Part shown: positions 37,020-50,342 of the stretch, piece by piece
Numbering within the stretch: the stretch's first letter is position 1
How the letters are laid out: every line of letters starts with the position of its first letter
Source of the DNA: Tubulanus polymorphus
Lineage: Eukaryota; Animalia; Nemertea
Assembly: GCF_964204645.1 (NCBI RefSeq)
Contig: NC_134025.1
Span: 29,492,299 to 29,556,298 of the forward strand
DNA length: 64,000 bases
Reading direction: 5' to 3'
Translations under genes and position numbers: made by a program
The notes under the pieces: generated by a model
Databases searched by the model: none
Told to the model about the DNA's origin: nothing
The model's input: the letters and a program-made list of their open reading frames with translations, nothing else

Positions 37020-40000
37020 CATAAATTGAAATGAAAAGTTATCCAAAATGTTTCTAATGTTGTTGTCAGGTGATATGACACATGCTAAAGGCGCTGATCA
37101 TCTAGAGTCTGGACAGTACATCGATGAATGGCAAGATTATAATAGAATTATAACAGAGTCAGGAATCCTGAATAAAACAGTATGGCTCGATATTAGAGGC
37201 AATCATGGTACATATCTCTCCTTCGCATACAAAATCTGCATCCAGTTCCACAGTTCAGTTTGACTAGATTTGAAAAAGATTAATTTCTAAATTGATGCTG
37301 GGGTGGCTTGTGTCCAAAAGCGATCTTAAATCTTAACACTTTTCTCATATGTTGGCTACCAGAACTAAGATGGTCTTAGTTTATCATAGTCTTAAATCTA
37401 ACCATGGCTGTGTGTATTCATAAAATCTGTTGTTTCATTTACAGATGTGTTTAATGTACCCTATTTGAATAGCGATTTGAATTATTTCAAGTAAGTATTT
37501 GTTTTATGATAGTCCTGCAATGGGCTTTCTGGTTTGTGAAAATATCTGACTTCAATGATAGAAATTGCTGTCCAGAAACTGCTGTGACTCAAAGAGTTAC
37601 ATATATTCTCATATTGTAGGGAGTTCTCACAACAGGGGAAAAAGCATTTATCCTCCTATCATTACACGCATAAGAAGAAATTTGGACGTTATTCGTTTAT
37701 TGGGGTTGATGCGTGTCCAGTTCCGGGTCCTAAACGACCGTTTAATTTCTTCGGAATGGTTTCAGCGGTAAGTCGATAGTTATACTATAAACCATAGCAT
37801 ATCATCAATTTTAGGGCAACAGTGAATATTTCCTTAGTGAGAACCAATCATAAGAACCGATGTCAACTTTCTTCCACTGGTCCTGACTATCTCGTACTAT
37901 GTGATGATCATTACTGAATCATGGCCAAATTAGTTTGTTGATGATTGATTACAGAATGAATTTAAGAGTCTGACTAATTATAAATTAGCTGCTGATGCGT
38001 CTAACGTGACTATCTGGTTTGGTCATTATCCTACTTCAACGATTCACAGTCCAGCTCCCGGTATCCGGCATTTAATGAGGTAAATTGCCAATCACTATAA
38101 CTAGTCCAATTTTAAAGAAGGTTGAAGTAAATTCGCTTATATTTTGATATAATTCAGGGACAGTTCGGCTTATTTGTGTGGCCATTTACACACTTTAGGT
38201 GATCTAGTTATGAACATGTACGCCAAACAAAAATCCGGAAATCTAGAGCTGGAACTTGGAGACTGGAAAGACAACAGAATGTGAGAATAAGTCAAATTTC
38301 ATAGATTCATTTCATCAACCCACCAACTGTTATCACGTAAAATTCTGTTCAGGAATTTCTTTAATTTATGCATCGTTTTATGTTATTCAGATATAATTCA
38401 TTATGTTTTAACTTTGATTTTCAGGTTTCGATTGTTAGTAATAGATCACGATCTGTTATCATTCGTTGATCAGAAAATGGGAACGTGGCCTATAATAATA
38501 GTATCGAATCCTAAACATGCGTTATATTCAATGCCTTCGCATGAACCAGTTGGAAGAATGTTACATTCAACTCATATCAGGTTTGCACTTTCAAAATAAG
38601 CTTCATTCATTCACACTTTCGCTAGTTAGTCTTTTCTGATTTGGCCCGTACCTGAAACAGACCAATTTAAAACAGACTAAATCAACAATGTGCGATCCCA
38701 TGTATTTAAATCCATCCAGCTAGATGCTACATTGTGATTGACATCAATTAAAGCAAAGTTTCCATAAGAAAACTGAGGAGGCCATGCTAAAATTTAGAAT
38801 GGACTAATGGTCTAATTTGATCCATTCTGAAATGGAACATTCTGAATAGAATTTCTATTCAGAATGTTCCATTTCAGAATGGATCAAATAGACTTGATTT
38901 AGCTCTAAATATAAAAGTTTTTGTGAACGTGGCTCATTGTATTGTATTTTTACAGGGTATTAGTATTTTCACCGGCACATATTGAGTATGTTCGTATAAG
39001 TATTGACTCAGTATTTCTTGGAGAGGGTAAACGATCAGGAGGCCCTCTCTACACTTTACGCTGGGATCCGCAAAGCTACGCTTCAGGAATTCATCAATTA
39101 ACCATTTCTGTCAAGGTAGCTATCAATATAAACAATGCGATCGATATTTATGGGAATTAGAATTCAGAAATAACACCAACTTAGAAAATTCAATTATTTT
39201 CTTTTGACAGGACGAAAAGCATGGATTGCGTATAATATCTCAGCCATTCTCTTTGGATAACACTAGTTTAAGCTTTAGTTTATTCCCTCGGCTGATTCTC
39301 ATGTGGAATATGTCTACACTTGTAAGTATTAAAATCATCATTATCAATTCTTTATTTCGCAAGGCCTCATAAAAACATTTAAAACGTAGTATAGAAACCA
39401 CAATCAGAATAGCATGTTTTAAAAGTTCAGCTTAAGTGTCGGACATTTTGTTTCATCTATGCGCATAAAGCTGATTTTTGTCTTATGTGATAATCTGATG
39501 CAATCAGCTCCATGGCAAGCGTGGTCTGTAGAATAATTATCTCCCCACCTCTATTTCAGTGTCAGTTGTTATTCTGGAGTATTTGGCTGTTCTCATTCTT
39601 ACCATTAGTAATTCTGCGGTTTCTGCATATTCCTATATTAGGTAGGTCTATGTACAATTAAAGTAAGATTGGCCTTGCCTATATTTTGTGCAGCCTTCAT
39701 GTAAGGATTCAAACTCGATTTTCAGTTCCCAGTGAATTCACTGGTTGTTTGGTGAAATTCCTGCAGAATTGGATGAACAGATTCTATTTGTTGACTGCAA
39801 CTAATAGAATATTTTGGCCACTAGCAGTTTTCCATGTTTACATCGCCGTGGGTAAGCACATTTCGAATATTCTTATTTATCAAATGTGAATTCGTTTTGA
39901 TATTCTATATGATATATTTGCTGCAGGACCGTGGTTTATTGGTCGTGTTTTAGATGAGTATATCGGAGTGTGTTTTGTGTTTGGTCTATATGTTGATGGT

Positions 40001-40633
40001 CAACTGCTTCCATTGCATTCCACATATGCGTACGGTTTTCTATTTGTAAGTCATTTGAAACAAAAGTTCTTTTTAGATCAACTTTAATTTCTGTAGAAAA
40101 GATTGAGCATTAGCAATATCTATCTGCACCCATCCCCTAAGACCCTGCTACCTTTACCCTCCCTCAACAAACAATCTGTAGTGGGTAAAGGCAGCAGATT
40201 GTCTGAGGGGGTACAGATTGTTACAGACGTATCTGTTCTAGCTCGAATTAATGCTTTCTCGTTTCTATTTCAGATATTATTTTTCAATATTCCGTTGATT
40301 CTGTTGTTGGGGATGTACCTCGAACGTGCTGCTACCCCGACTCGTGATTCTACGAGGACAAGGTGTGCGTCTAAATATGCCCCTCATCGCCTTCTAATAG
40401 ATCACTGGGCGATGACTTTGTTATTGATATTTCATTGTTATTGCGCTGTGGCCGGTATCTTCTTGGCGTATGGAACTATGGCGTTTCTGTTGGGCCCTTT
40501 GTTGACTTGGTCGGTGATATTGCAGTTAACCCTCTGGTTTCTGGCCGCGCGTGGTAAACCCGTCGCTACTGTCTCCAATGGACTGATAATAATACCTGCT
40601 CCAGTTTCCGGACGTACAAGTAGGCCGTTATGA
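36463..40633 (+). CDS. TMEM62: Transmembrane protein 62 (calcineurin-like metallophosphoesterase + TM region), copy A
   Basis: FWFVQ|ITDLHIS, VTG|D, WLDIRGNH|D, IWFGHYPTS, YLCGHLHT, LELELGDWKDNR and RLLVIDHDLLSF, followed by C-terminal TM helices; GT-AG introns. Confidence 0.92.
38815..38889. repeat. 75-bp palindrome (37-bp perfect arms, 1-nt spacer) in a TMEM62-A intron
   Basis: ATTTGATCCATTCTGAAATGGAACATTCTGAATAGAA-T-TTCTATTCAGAATGTTCCATTTCAGAATGGATCAAAT. Confidence 0.92.
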
Positions 40634-41544
40634 TGTTGGATTTGAATTTCTGATCAGTTATTTTTCGAACGAAAAACAGAAACCAAGAAATTTGTTCCGT
40701 GCAAAGCGAAAACTGTGATATTCATGGGTTTATCAGTGATTTTGAGCAGTGATTGACAGAGAAAGAACAATTTTATTTTTTATTTTTATGTCGATTGTTC
40801 CTGGCAGAAAAATTCACAATTACCTCTACAGATTTTAAAGATTTTCTGCGATTTATATTATTGTGTTTTGAATTAGTATTCATACTAATTCGTTCAATTG
40901 TTATAGGTCAGCGCAGTTAATGCATACTACGTGTAATAATTCATGGTTAGGGAACTAGCTTTGTTTTGAATCTGCTTATAAGTACAAAAGGTTTGATATC
41001 AGTTTCTGATATGACGTCATTTGATGAAAATATGGCTTTTTTGCACAGCACTAGTCAGGTCATTAAGGGTCCAGGGGTCCCTGAAAAATTCCCCAAATAA
41101 TCTTGAGTAACGTTTCAACTATGGTCATGTACAATAGACTCTGCCTAAACCGGTACTGGTCTAATCCGGTAATCCGTTCAATTCAGTAAAATCGAAATAA
41201 GATTTCCATTTGCTACTGTTTTTGAAATACGTATACAAGACTACTTAGTTCTGATTTTTTTCAAAAGATTGCCAAACTTTTGCCAGTTTTTTTGGTTGTT
41301 AGGCCGGCTGTTGGCACCAGGTGATGGGCTCATTCTATGTGCTATGCTGTTCCGGCATCCTAATGGTGGTCATAATGATATTTCTAGCTATTTTTTTATT
41401 GAAGAAAACATCGTAATAAATAAGGCCCTTTCAAAAATAAATGGTTTTGTGCTTTAATTTCTTTGTCAATTTTTGATCCAGCATACTAGATTCAACCATG
41501 TTTGCAGCAGCAGAATGGTTAATGACCCGAATGAATCTTCACTC

Positions 41545-41800
41545 CAGGAAGAGTGAGGGGTAGAGGAGAGACTTCCCCACCCACAATCCGATCGAACCTG
41601 CCTCGATTTAGTCTAGTACCTAGCCGTCATTACCGGGGGAGCTCAACGACTATGCTCCGTCCCCTCGATGGATTTCGATTCATTATCTACAATCCTTGGA
41701 TATTCTTTCAACTCAATAAAACCACCACGGCTAGAGTCTTCACACATGGATCATGAATTATACTGGCCACATCTTTCACTATTTCGTCTCATAGGTAGCA
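41545..41800 (-). pseudogene. Decayed duplicate of BABAM2 exon 1 and adjacent intron
   Basis: CTAGAGTCTTCACACATGGATCATGAATTATACTGGCCACATCTTTCACTATTTCGTCTCATAG aligns to 36202-36273. Both ATGs have changed to GTG, there are indels, and no further exons follow. Confidence 0.8.
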
Positions 41801-41884
41801 AAAAATGATTGGAAATGAGAGTAAAGATGGGAAAAGGTGGTTATCCACCGAACACCGGTCGGGAATTCTCCCCGGTGGTGATTC

Positions 41885-42546
41885 GAAATTATAGTAAGAA
41901 CATACAAAACTTTCAAGAAAAATTTCATATTGAAGATAACCTTTTATTTCTCTCTTTCGAAAAAAAGGCGTCAGCTCTAAGTAAATTTTTCTTTTTTTAG
42001 TAGACTCTCCAACAATCATTTCCGAACTCCAGATTGAAGTCGGCCGCCACTACTGTCGCCCCATCACCCCCATTTCTGAGACGACCTGCCCCAGTCTGCG
42101 ATTCGAACTTAATTGAAAATGAAAAACATTTCCACCTCTCCTGTCCGCTCTTTCTGTTACACCGCAATAAATTTCTCGGCCAACTCTGGAAACTATTGTC
42201 CATGTCGGCAATTATCCAACATCGTATGTAATATGATTTAAATAGTCTTTTATCAGTGAAATATTTTTTAGGTAAATCTAGCTGTTGTCCAGTTTTATTG
42301 AACTCTTCAAGTGATCGATTATGGCTCCCCGGCGGCATCTCAGTATACTTAAAAACGTTGTTCCATGTTAAACCTGTATGGCTATTCTATATTTCTCGAG
42401 TTTATTAATTTCTTTGAAAAAAAAAATAACAATCAGATTTGCGATGTCCTGGTACTTTATTACTGTAAAAACCGATGATATGATATGCTTGTTGTACTTT
42501 TTGTATTAAGGTGTAATAAAGTTATTTTGAATTTGAATGAATTTGA
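41885..42546 (+). mobile_element. 5'-truncated, degraded non-LTR retrotransposon (LINE; CR1/L2-group-like 3' end)
   Basis: A frameshifted reading gives RTYKTFK..IEDNL..SALSKF..RLSN.H..LQIEVGRH..P...CDSNLIENEKHFHLSCP..LHR, the C-terminal Cys/His motif of LINE ORF2. The element ends in AATAAA plus a TTTGAA-type tail. Confidence 0.75.
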
Positions 42547-42677
42547 TGATCGACTTCCGTTTATACGGAACTCCCGACAGGTGGCGACTGGAAACACCTC
42601 CGGGTTTTCCACCAAATTTAATTTGTAAATGTAAACGAATCTAAAATCGCAAATTTTTTCGTCGAATTCTCAGAAAT

Positions 42678-43188
42678 ATGGGAATATCTATCAGATGTTG
42701 TATTGCTATCACAATTATACTGATTATCTGTACATTTATTACCTATCTGTGTGACGAGATATCCGTTACACCGCAGTCATCAGCAGGAGACCCAGGCCGC
42801 CAGGCGAAGAAAACACCCCCTGTCCCTGATGATAGTTATGATAATCTCTTCTGGTTTGTTCAGGTAAACGATTTTATTCGTCAAGGCTTCACTTTTATTG
42901 CGTATAAATCAATAAAAGGTAAAGCGCTAATTCAGGACCCCCCCCCCCCCCCACCTTACTGTGATAAAGTCTCAACTTCATGGAATCATCTTGGTCTCGT
43001 ACTAATTGATCCAGATCTATGTCTATGATGTTTTATTTCATATCGTTATTACAGATTACTGACCTTCACATAAGTCGTTTCTATGATCCGAGAAGAAAGA
43101 AGCTTTTAAAAGATTTCTGTCAAAAGGATCTAGCGTTGATAAGCCCTGATGTTACACTAGTAACTGGTAAGTCTGGTACTGATACTGC

Positions 43189-43231
<43 letters not shown>

Positions 43232-46200
43232 CATAAATTGAAATAACAAATTATCTAAAATGTGTCTTATGTTGTTGTTGTCAGGTGATTTGACGGATGC
43301 TAAACATGCTAACAATCAAGGGTCAGAACAGTACATCGATGAATGGCAAGATTATAATAGAATTATAACAGAGTCAGGAATCCTGAATAAAACAGTATGG
43401 CTCGATATTAGAGGCAATCATGGTACATATCTCTCCCTCTCATAAAAAAACTGCATCCAGATCCACAGTTAAATTCTAAGGCCTAAGTGATCTTTAATCT
43501 CAACACTTTCTCAATATGGCTATGAAGCTATGTCTTTAGTCTAGTCTCAAATCTAACTCTGACTGTGCAACAAGATTCCCTGGAGTTAAACCTAAACTGT
43601 TGTCGTGATAATTTTATGTGTAGTATTTATAAGATCTATTCATTTACAGATGCGTTTAATGTACCCTATTTGAATAGCGATTTGAATTACTTCAAGTAAG
43701 TATCTGTCTTATTATAAAGCTTTATTAATGCAGATTTCAATGATAGTAATTGCATTCTAAAAACCGCAGTGAATAAGTTACTAAGTTACCAATATTCTTA
43801 TATTGTAGGAAGTTTTCACATCAGGGAAAAAAGCATTTATCCTCCTATCATTACACGCATAAGAAGAAATTTGGACGTTATTCGTTTATTGGCGTTGATG
43901 CGTGTCCAGTTCCGGGTCCTAAACGACCGTTTAATTTCTTCGGAATGGTTTCAGCGGTAAGTCGATAGTTGAACTATAAACCATAGCAAATCATCAATTT
44001 TAGGGCAACATTGAATATTGTTTCATGGCCTTAATTATCAACAATGAAAGGTCTGTGCTCTACAAAAAAATGTTTACCAAGTTTTAGAACACTGATAGTT
44101 TCTGTACCTACGTTGTTTATGGCATATGGTGGCCATTTTGGATTTTCCATTAGAAATGGAAAGATTTCGCTTTACCCCTTATCCTATATTCTGTTAATAT
44201 ACTGTAATAGGGTTGACCAAAATTGTCTATATTTTACATACTGGTATTTATTTTGTGAACTTGTCACAGTTTGTGGGTGATTGATTTCAGAATGAATTCG
44301 AGAGTCTGACTAATTATAAATTAGCTGCTGATGCATCTAATGTGACTATCTGGTTTGGTCATTATCCTACTTCAGTGATTCACAGTCCAGCTCCCGGTAT
44401 CCGGCATTTAATGAGGTAAATTGCCAATCACTATAATTAATTTGTGGTGAAATTAAAATCGCACAACTGATGACTAAAAGAATAAGAAACCAATCTGTTT
44501 TTGTGTTATGTGATGATATTTGGTATAATAACGGCTGAAATGCTCTGGAATCTAATTCACATTTTGTCACGATGGTTCTAAGATTTGTCTATGAGTTTAG
44601 AGATATTTGACTTGAAAGCATTCAACATAATGGGAGTAGATTAGTGCATTTCCACAATAATTTGTTACTTTGTCATGTATTATTTAAAGGAGTGTGATGT
44701 AATTCGCTTATATTTTGATATATTTCAGGGACAGTTCGGCTTATTTGTGTGGCCATTTACACACTTTAGGTGGTCTTGTTCCGAACATGTACGCCAAACA
44801 AAAATCTGGAAATCTTGAGTTGGAACTTGGAGACTGGAAAGACAACAGAATGTGAGAATAAGTCAAATTTCATAGATTTATGTCATCAATCCTCGAAATG
44901 TTATCACGTAAAATTCTATTCTAGAATTTCTTTAATTCATGCATCATTTTATGTTATTCAGTTATAATTCATTATGTTGTGACTTTGATTTTCAGGTTTC
45001 GATTGTTAGTAATAGATCACGATCTGTTATCATTCGTTGATCAGAAAATGGGAACGTGGCCTATAATAATAGTATCGAACCCTAAACATGCGTTATATTC
45101 AATGCCTTCGCATGAACCAGTTGGAAGAATGTTACATTCAACTCATATTAGGTTTGTACTTTCAAAATAATTTCATTCATTGGGAAGGCTCCGTATTGAT
45201 TCTCATTCAATTTTGATTGATGAACTCTAAAACCACATTCACACTTTCGCTAGTTAGTCCTGCACCTGGAACAGACCAACTTAGAATCTACCAACGCAAT
45301 GCTATACATTCAGATATTTTCAAATCCGTCCCAATAGATGCAACACTGATTACAGTTACGTGAAATAAGAGCCAAGTTTCTATTCACACATAGAGAATTA
45401 GGTTGTGCTTAAATTTCGAATGGAGCTAAGTCTGGTCTTTTTGGTCGATCTAAATTTAGGGCCAATTTTAGAACTGACTTTTTGCTGGTGTGAACACTAA
45501 GTTCGTTCTAAATAGGAGTGGACTAAATTTAGTTCTAAATAACATCGTGTGAACGTGGCTAATTGTATTGTATTTTTACAGGGTATTAGTATTTTCACCG
45601 GCACATATTGAGTATGTTCATATAAGTATTGACTCAGTATTTCTTGGAGAGGGTAAACGATCAGGAGGCCCTCTCTACACTTTACGCTGGGATCCGCAAA
45701 GCTACGCTTCAGGAATTCATCAAATAACCATTTCTGTCAAGGTAGCTATCAATATAAACAATGCGATCGACATTTATGGGAATTAGAATTCAGAAATAAC
45801 ACCAACTTAGAAAATTCAATTATTCTCTTTTGACAGGACGAAAAGCATGGATTGCATATAATATCTCAGCCATTCTCTTTGGATAACACTAGTTTAAGCT
45901 TTAGTTTATTCCCTCGGCTGATTCTCATGTGGAATATGTCTACACTTGTAAGTATTAATCATCATTATCAATTCTATATTTCGCAAGGCCTCATAAAAAC
46001 ATTCAAATCATAGTATAGAAACCACAATCAGAATAGCATATTTTAAAAGTTCAGCTTAAGTGTCGGACATTTTGTTTCATCTATGCGCATAAAGCTGATT
46101 TATGTGATAATCTGATGCAATCAGCTCCATGGCAAGCGTGGTCTGTAGAATAATTATCTCCCCACCTCTATTTTCAGTGTCAGTTGTTATTCTGGAGTAT

Positions 46201-47265
46201 TTGGCTGTTTTCATTCTTACCATTAGTAATTCTGAGGTTTCTGCATATTCCTATATTAGGTAGGTCTATGTAAAATTGGAGTTAGATAAGCCTATATTTT
46301 GTGCAGCCTTCATGTAAAGATTCAAACTCGATTTTCAGTTCCCAGTGAATTCAGTGGGTGTCTAGTGAATTTCCTGCAGAATTGGATGAACAGATTCTAT
46401 TTGTTGACTGCAACTAATAGAATATTTTGGCCACTAGCAGTTTTCCATGTTTACATCGCCGTGGGTAAGCACATTTCGAATATTCTTATTTATCAAATGT
46501 GAATTCGTTTTGATATTCTATATGATATATTTGCTGCAGGACCGTGGTTTATTGGTCGTGTTTTAGATGAGTTTATCGGAGTGTGTTTTGTGTTTGGTCT
46601 ATATGTTGATGGTCAACTGCTTCCATCGCATTCCACATATGCGTACGGTTTTCTTTTTGTAAGTCATTTGATACAAATGTTCTTTTTAGATGAACTTTAA
46701 TTTCAGCTATCATACACCGTGCTATCTGTACCCATCCCCTCTTTGACGATCTGCTACCTTTACCCTCCCTTAATAGACAATCTGTGGTGAGTGCAGATTA
46801 TCTGAAAGGGTGCAGGGTAAAGGCAGCAGATTGTCTGAGGGGGTACAGATTGTTACAGACGTATCTGTTTTAGCTTGAATTAATGCTTTCTCGTTTCTAT
46901 TTCAGATATTATTTTTCAATATTCCGTTGATTCTGTTGTTGGGGATGTACCTCGAACGTGCTGCTACCCCGACTCATGATTCTACGAGGACAAGGTGTGC
47001 GTCTAAATATGCCCCTCATCGCCTTCTAATAGATCACTGGGCGATGACTTTGTTATTGATTATTCAGTGTTATTGCGCTGTGACTGGTTTTTATTGGGCG
47101 TATGGAACTATGGCGTTTCTGTTGGGCCCGTTAAAGACTTGGTCGGTGATATTGCAGTTAACCCTCTGGTTTCTGGCCGCGCGTGGTAAACCCGTCGCTA
47201 CTGTCTCCAATGGACTGATAATAATACCTGCTCCAGTTTCCGGACGTACAAGTAGGCCGTCTTGA
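42678..47265 (+). CDS. TMEM62: Transmembrane protein 62, copy B (tandem duplicate)
   Basis: Same exon structure as copy A with high identity; GDLTDAK, GNH|DAF, CGHLHTLGGL; no frameshift seen. Confidence 0.92.
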
Positions 47266-48253
47266 TGTTGGATTTGAATTTCTGTTCAGTTATTTTTTGT
47301 GTTTTCAAACTAAAAACAGAAACCGAGAAATTTGCTGCGTTCAAAGCAAAAACTGAGGTATTCATGGATTAATCAGTGATTTTGAGCAGTGATTGACAGA
47401 GAAAGAATGATTTTAATGTTTTTAGGATGTTTTATTTTAATTTCGATTGTTCCAGGCAGAAAATTCATAATCATTTCTACAGATTAAAGATTTTCTGCCA
47501 TTTATATTATTGTGTTTTGAATAGTATTCGTACTAACTCTGTGTTTGTTTTATGAACCCGGTACGTTTCATTTTGATGCGACGACGGTAAGAAATTACTA
47601 TAAAACACATTCCTGTAATTTTATAATCTATTTTATTAATGCGGTAATAACATGAACTCGAAAAAATTCGTTTTAGAATCCGTGGTTAAACATGTAGTTT
47701 ACAGATGAATCAATAGATGGCGAGCTAGTCGTGTATTTAGTGAAAAAAAATTCGTGTTTTAGATATTTTCAATCGTTATAGTTCAGCGGGGTAAAAAATG
47801 CATGTTTCGATCGTATATCAGTTCATGTTTAGTGAACTAGCTTTGTTTTGAATCTGCTTATAAGTACAAAAGGTTTGATATCAGTTTTGTGATGGTATTT
47901 GCTGAAAATATGGCTTTTTGCACAGCACCATAAGGTATTAAGGGTCCAGGGGTCCCTGAAAAATCCGCAAATAACCTTGTGATTATTACGACAATTTAAG
48001 TTTGAATTTTTATGATTTTAAACCGCGACCCAAGAAAGGAAATTTGGGGCATTATTTTGAAAGCAAGTTTAGTTTCATTGGATTAAGATTGGTACCGCAT
48101 TACAGGACAAATGCAAACCATTGATCTAACATTTTAAGTCCACGTTTGTAAAGATAATATAAAATCCTACACTCAGAATGAAAGAGTGCAGAATGTGATG
48201 TAATAACATTTCGACTACATGTACATCGTAGCAGTCATCTGGACTGTACATAA

Positions 48254-48473
48254 GGCTAAACAAAAATGATACCTTGTTTCTCCGCAGCGGCCGGGTCATT
48301 TTTGTAAAATATGATAATATTTATAAACAGTTCATTTCTATAGCGGCCGGGTCTGTTATGGTAAAATTGATCACGATTTTTAAAAAAGTAATGTATACGG
48401 TAGATAGGCGGCCGGCCGGGTCAACATTTAAGCTCAGCAGAGCGGAGAAACAAGGTATCAATTTTTTTTAGCC
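48254..48473. mobile_element. 220-bp MITE, PIF/Harbinger (Tourist-like), copy 2
   Basis: Same TIRs, TAA TSD on both sides, and only a few substitutions relative to 23949-24168. Confidence 0.85.
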
Positions 48474-50042
48474 TAATATCTCATAATTTTGTTATAACTT
48501 TTGTATTACTGAGCACGAGTTAGGATATGCGTCATGTCGAGAAGTCGAACAAATTATTAGATCATCTCGAGAAAACATTTCGCACTCTTTTTATTCGTTT
48601 AAGTAGGGATTTTATAATACGTGCTTCCATATGTAACCGTGAAATGTCGTGATCTTCTCGCGTGAAATCGGTTGGGATTTGAAGAATTGTCCGATCAATT
48701 AACGCGAAAGGAAAATCTCGTGTAGCGAACGAACGCGCAGTAAGTAAAGGATGTTTGATCCTCTTTAGTAATTAGCCTCAGTTAAGAGTATCGGTGTTTA
48801 GGGTCGTGTAAAGGAGAGCAGGCAGCGCTCTGTCGATGACAGCCGGCAATTTAGCTCTCAAATCGATACGAAGAATTTAAACATTCTTACCCCAATATGA
48901 TTATGACATAAGCAGTTCGTTACTAATGGCTTAAACCTCGATAAGCTCTTTACCTTATTAATGAATCATTACTGGGCAGGGGAGAGAGGGGATGGGTTCA
49001 TCCGCACTTTAACCCGCCACGAAACCGTAATTTTTCTCAAAAGTATTATAGTTGATTTTCCATAAACGTGTTCATTTTTGATAAATTGACAGCCAATTTA
49101 GCAGTTTTCAATTTCGACTGAGATCAAGATTGACTCGGTAGATTTTACCCGGCAAAAAGTTGAAATACAGGTTTACTGACCGATCATCGAGAAACAATCG
49201 AGATGGCGCTTGCCTCGGAGATCTCACGGGACCAATAAATCATCTCCAAATTCCACAAATTTTGGGGCCAGTTGGAGCAGGGATGGGTCGTTATAACGAT
49301 AAACAAGACAATCTGTGATATGTCTGGGGCACGCGTTATTGAACCCGTGGGCAGGGAGTGGGTCCACACGAATAGCTAGTGTCGTAGGTTCCTTATAGTT
49401 GGGGTTTTTGAAAATATGAAAAAAACGGATGAAGTTCTGAGCGTCTAGAGCGATTCTGTGACAAAATGACCGGCAATAATGTTATCTTTGCATAAAATAG
49501 GGGGTGGGATCCCTGCCCCCCAGCCCCCTCCCCCTCCATCGAATAAATAAAATCCGCAGCAACCGGAGTAAACGGAGTCTACTTCTACGTCAACCTTCCG
49601 TTACCTCCTAACTACCGCGTTGACGACGTGTGTTACGCCGACTGGGTGGTTCCGGCAGCAGGGAGAATAGTCACTTCAATTTTTAAACCTCCAGTCAAAT
49701 GTTAACCAAAAACAAATCTACTATGGAACCGAAGCCTAATGTCTATTATGAAATTCCATTGTTGTTTGAATCTGATATTTTACTCACGTACATCAAAATA
49801 AACAATATGTTTAATTTTATTGCATGATTTCGTTATGAATGCGCTGGTGCTGGTATTGAATTTCAATTAGGAGAATTGAGACATTTTTACACATTTTTAT
49901 GCAATAGTATTGTATATCTGACTATAATTGGGATGAATGAACGAATAACTACATTCGAAACCACTAGAGAAGGCGTCGAGGCCACAGGATGATTCGCGTG
50001 GAATATGAATGAGGAGAGCGAGAGGTTATGTGTTGACGTCCA

Positions 50043-50342
50043 CGTAGAATGTTCGCATGCGTCATAATGGCCGTGGCAACTTTGCTTCCAGGCGTAGAAT
50101 GTTCGCATGCGTCATAATGGCCGTGGCAACTTTGCTTCCAGGCGTAGAATGTTTGCAGGCGTCATAATGGCCGTGGCAACTTTGCTTCCAGGCGTAGAAT
50201 GTTCGCAGGCGTCATAATGGCCGTGGCAACTTTGCTTCCAGGCATAGAATGTTCGCATGCGTCATAATGGCCGTGGCAACTTTGCTTCCAGGCGTAGAAT
50301 GTTTGCAGGCGTCATAGTGGCCGTGGCAACTTTGCTTCCAGG
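50043..50342. repeat. Minisatellite, 6 x 50 bp
   Basis: CGTAGAATGTTCGCATGCGTCATAATGGCCGTGGCAACTTTGCTTCCAGG repeated head-to-tail with no spacers. Confidence 0.95.

Noticed and set aside
36985-43225. Poly-alanine tracts in ORFs 36822 and 43019
   Set aside because: The (GCT)n runs lie after the GTAAGT donor, so they are intronic microsatellites.
50043-50342. CRISPR-like regular repeat
   Set aside because: Units are head-to-tail with no unique spacers, there are no cas genes, and the context is eukaryotic.
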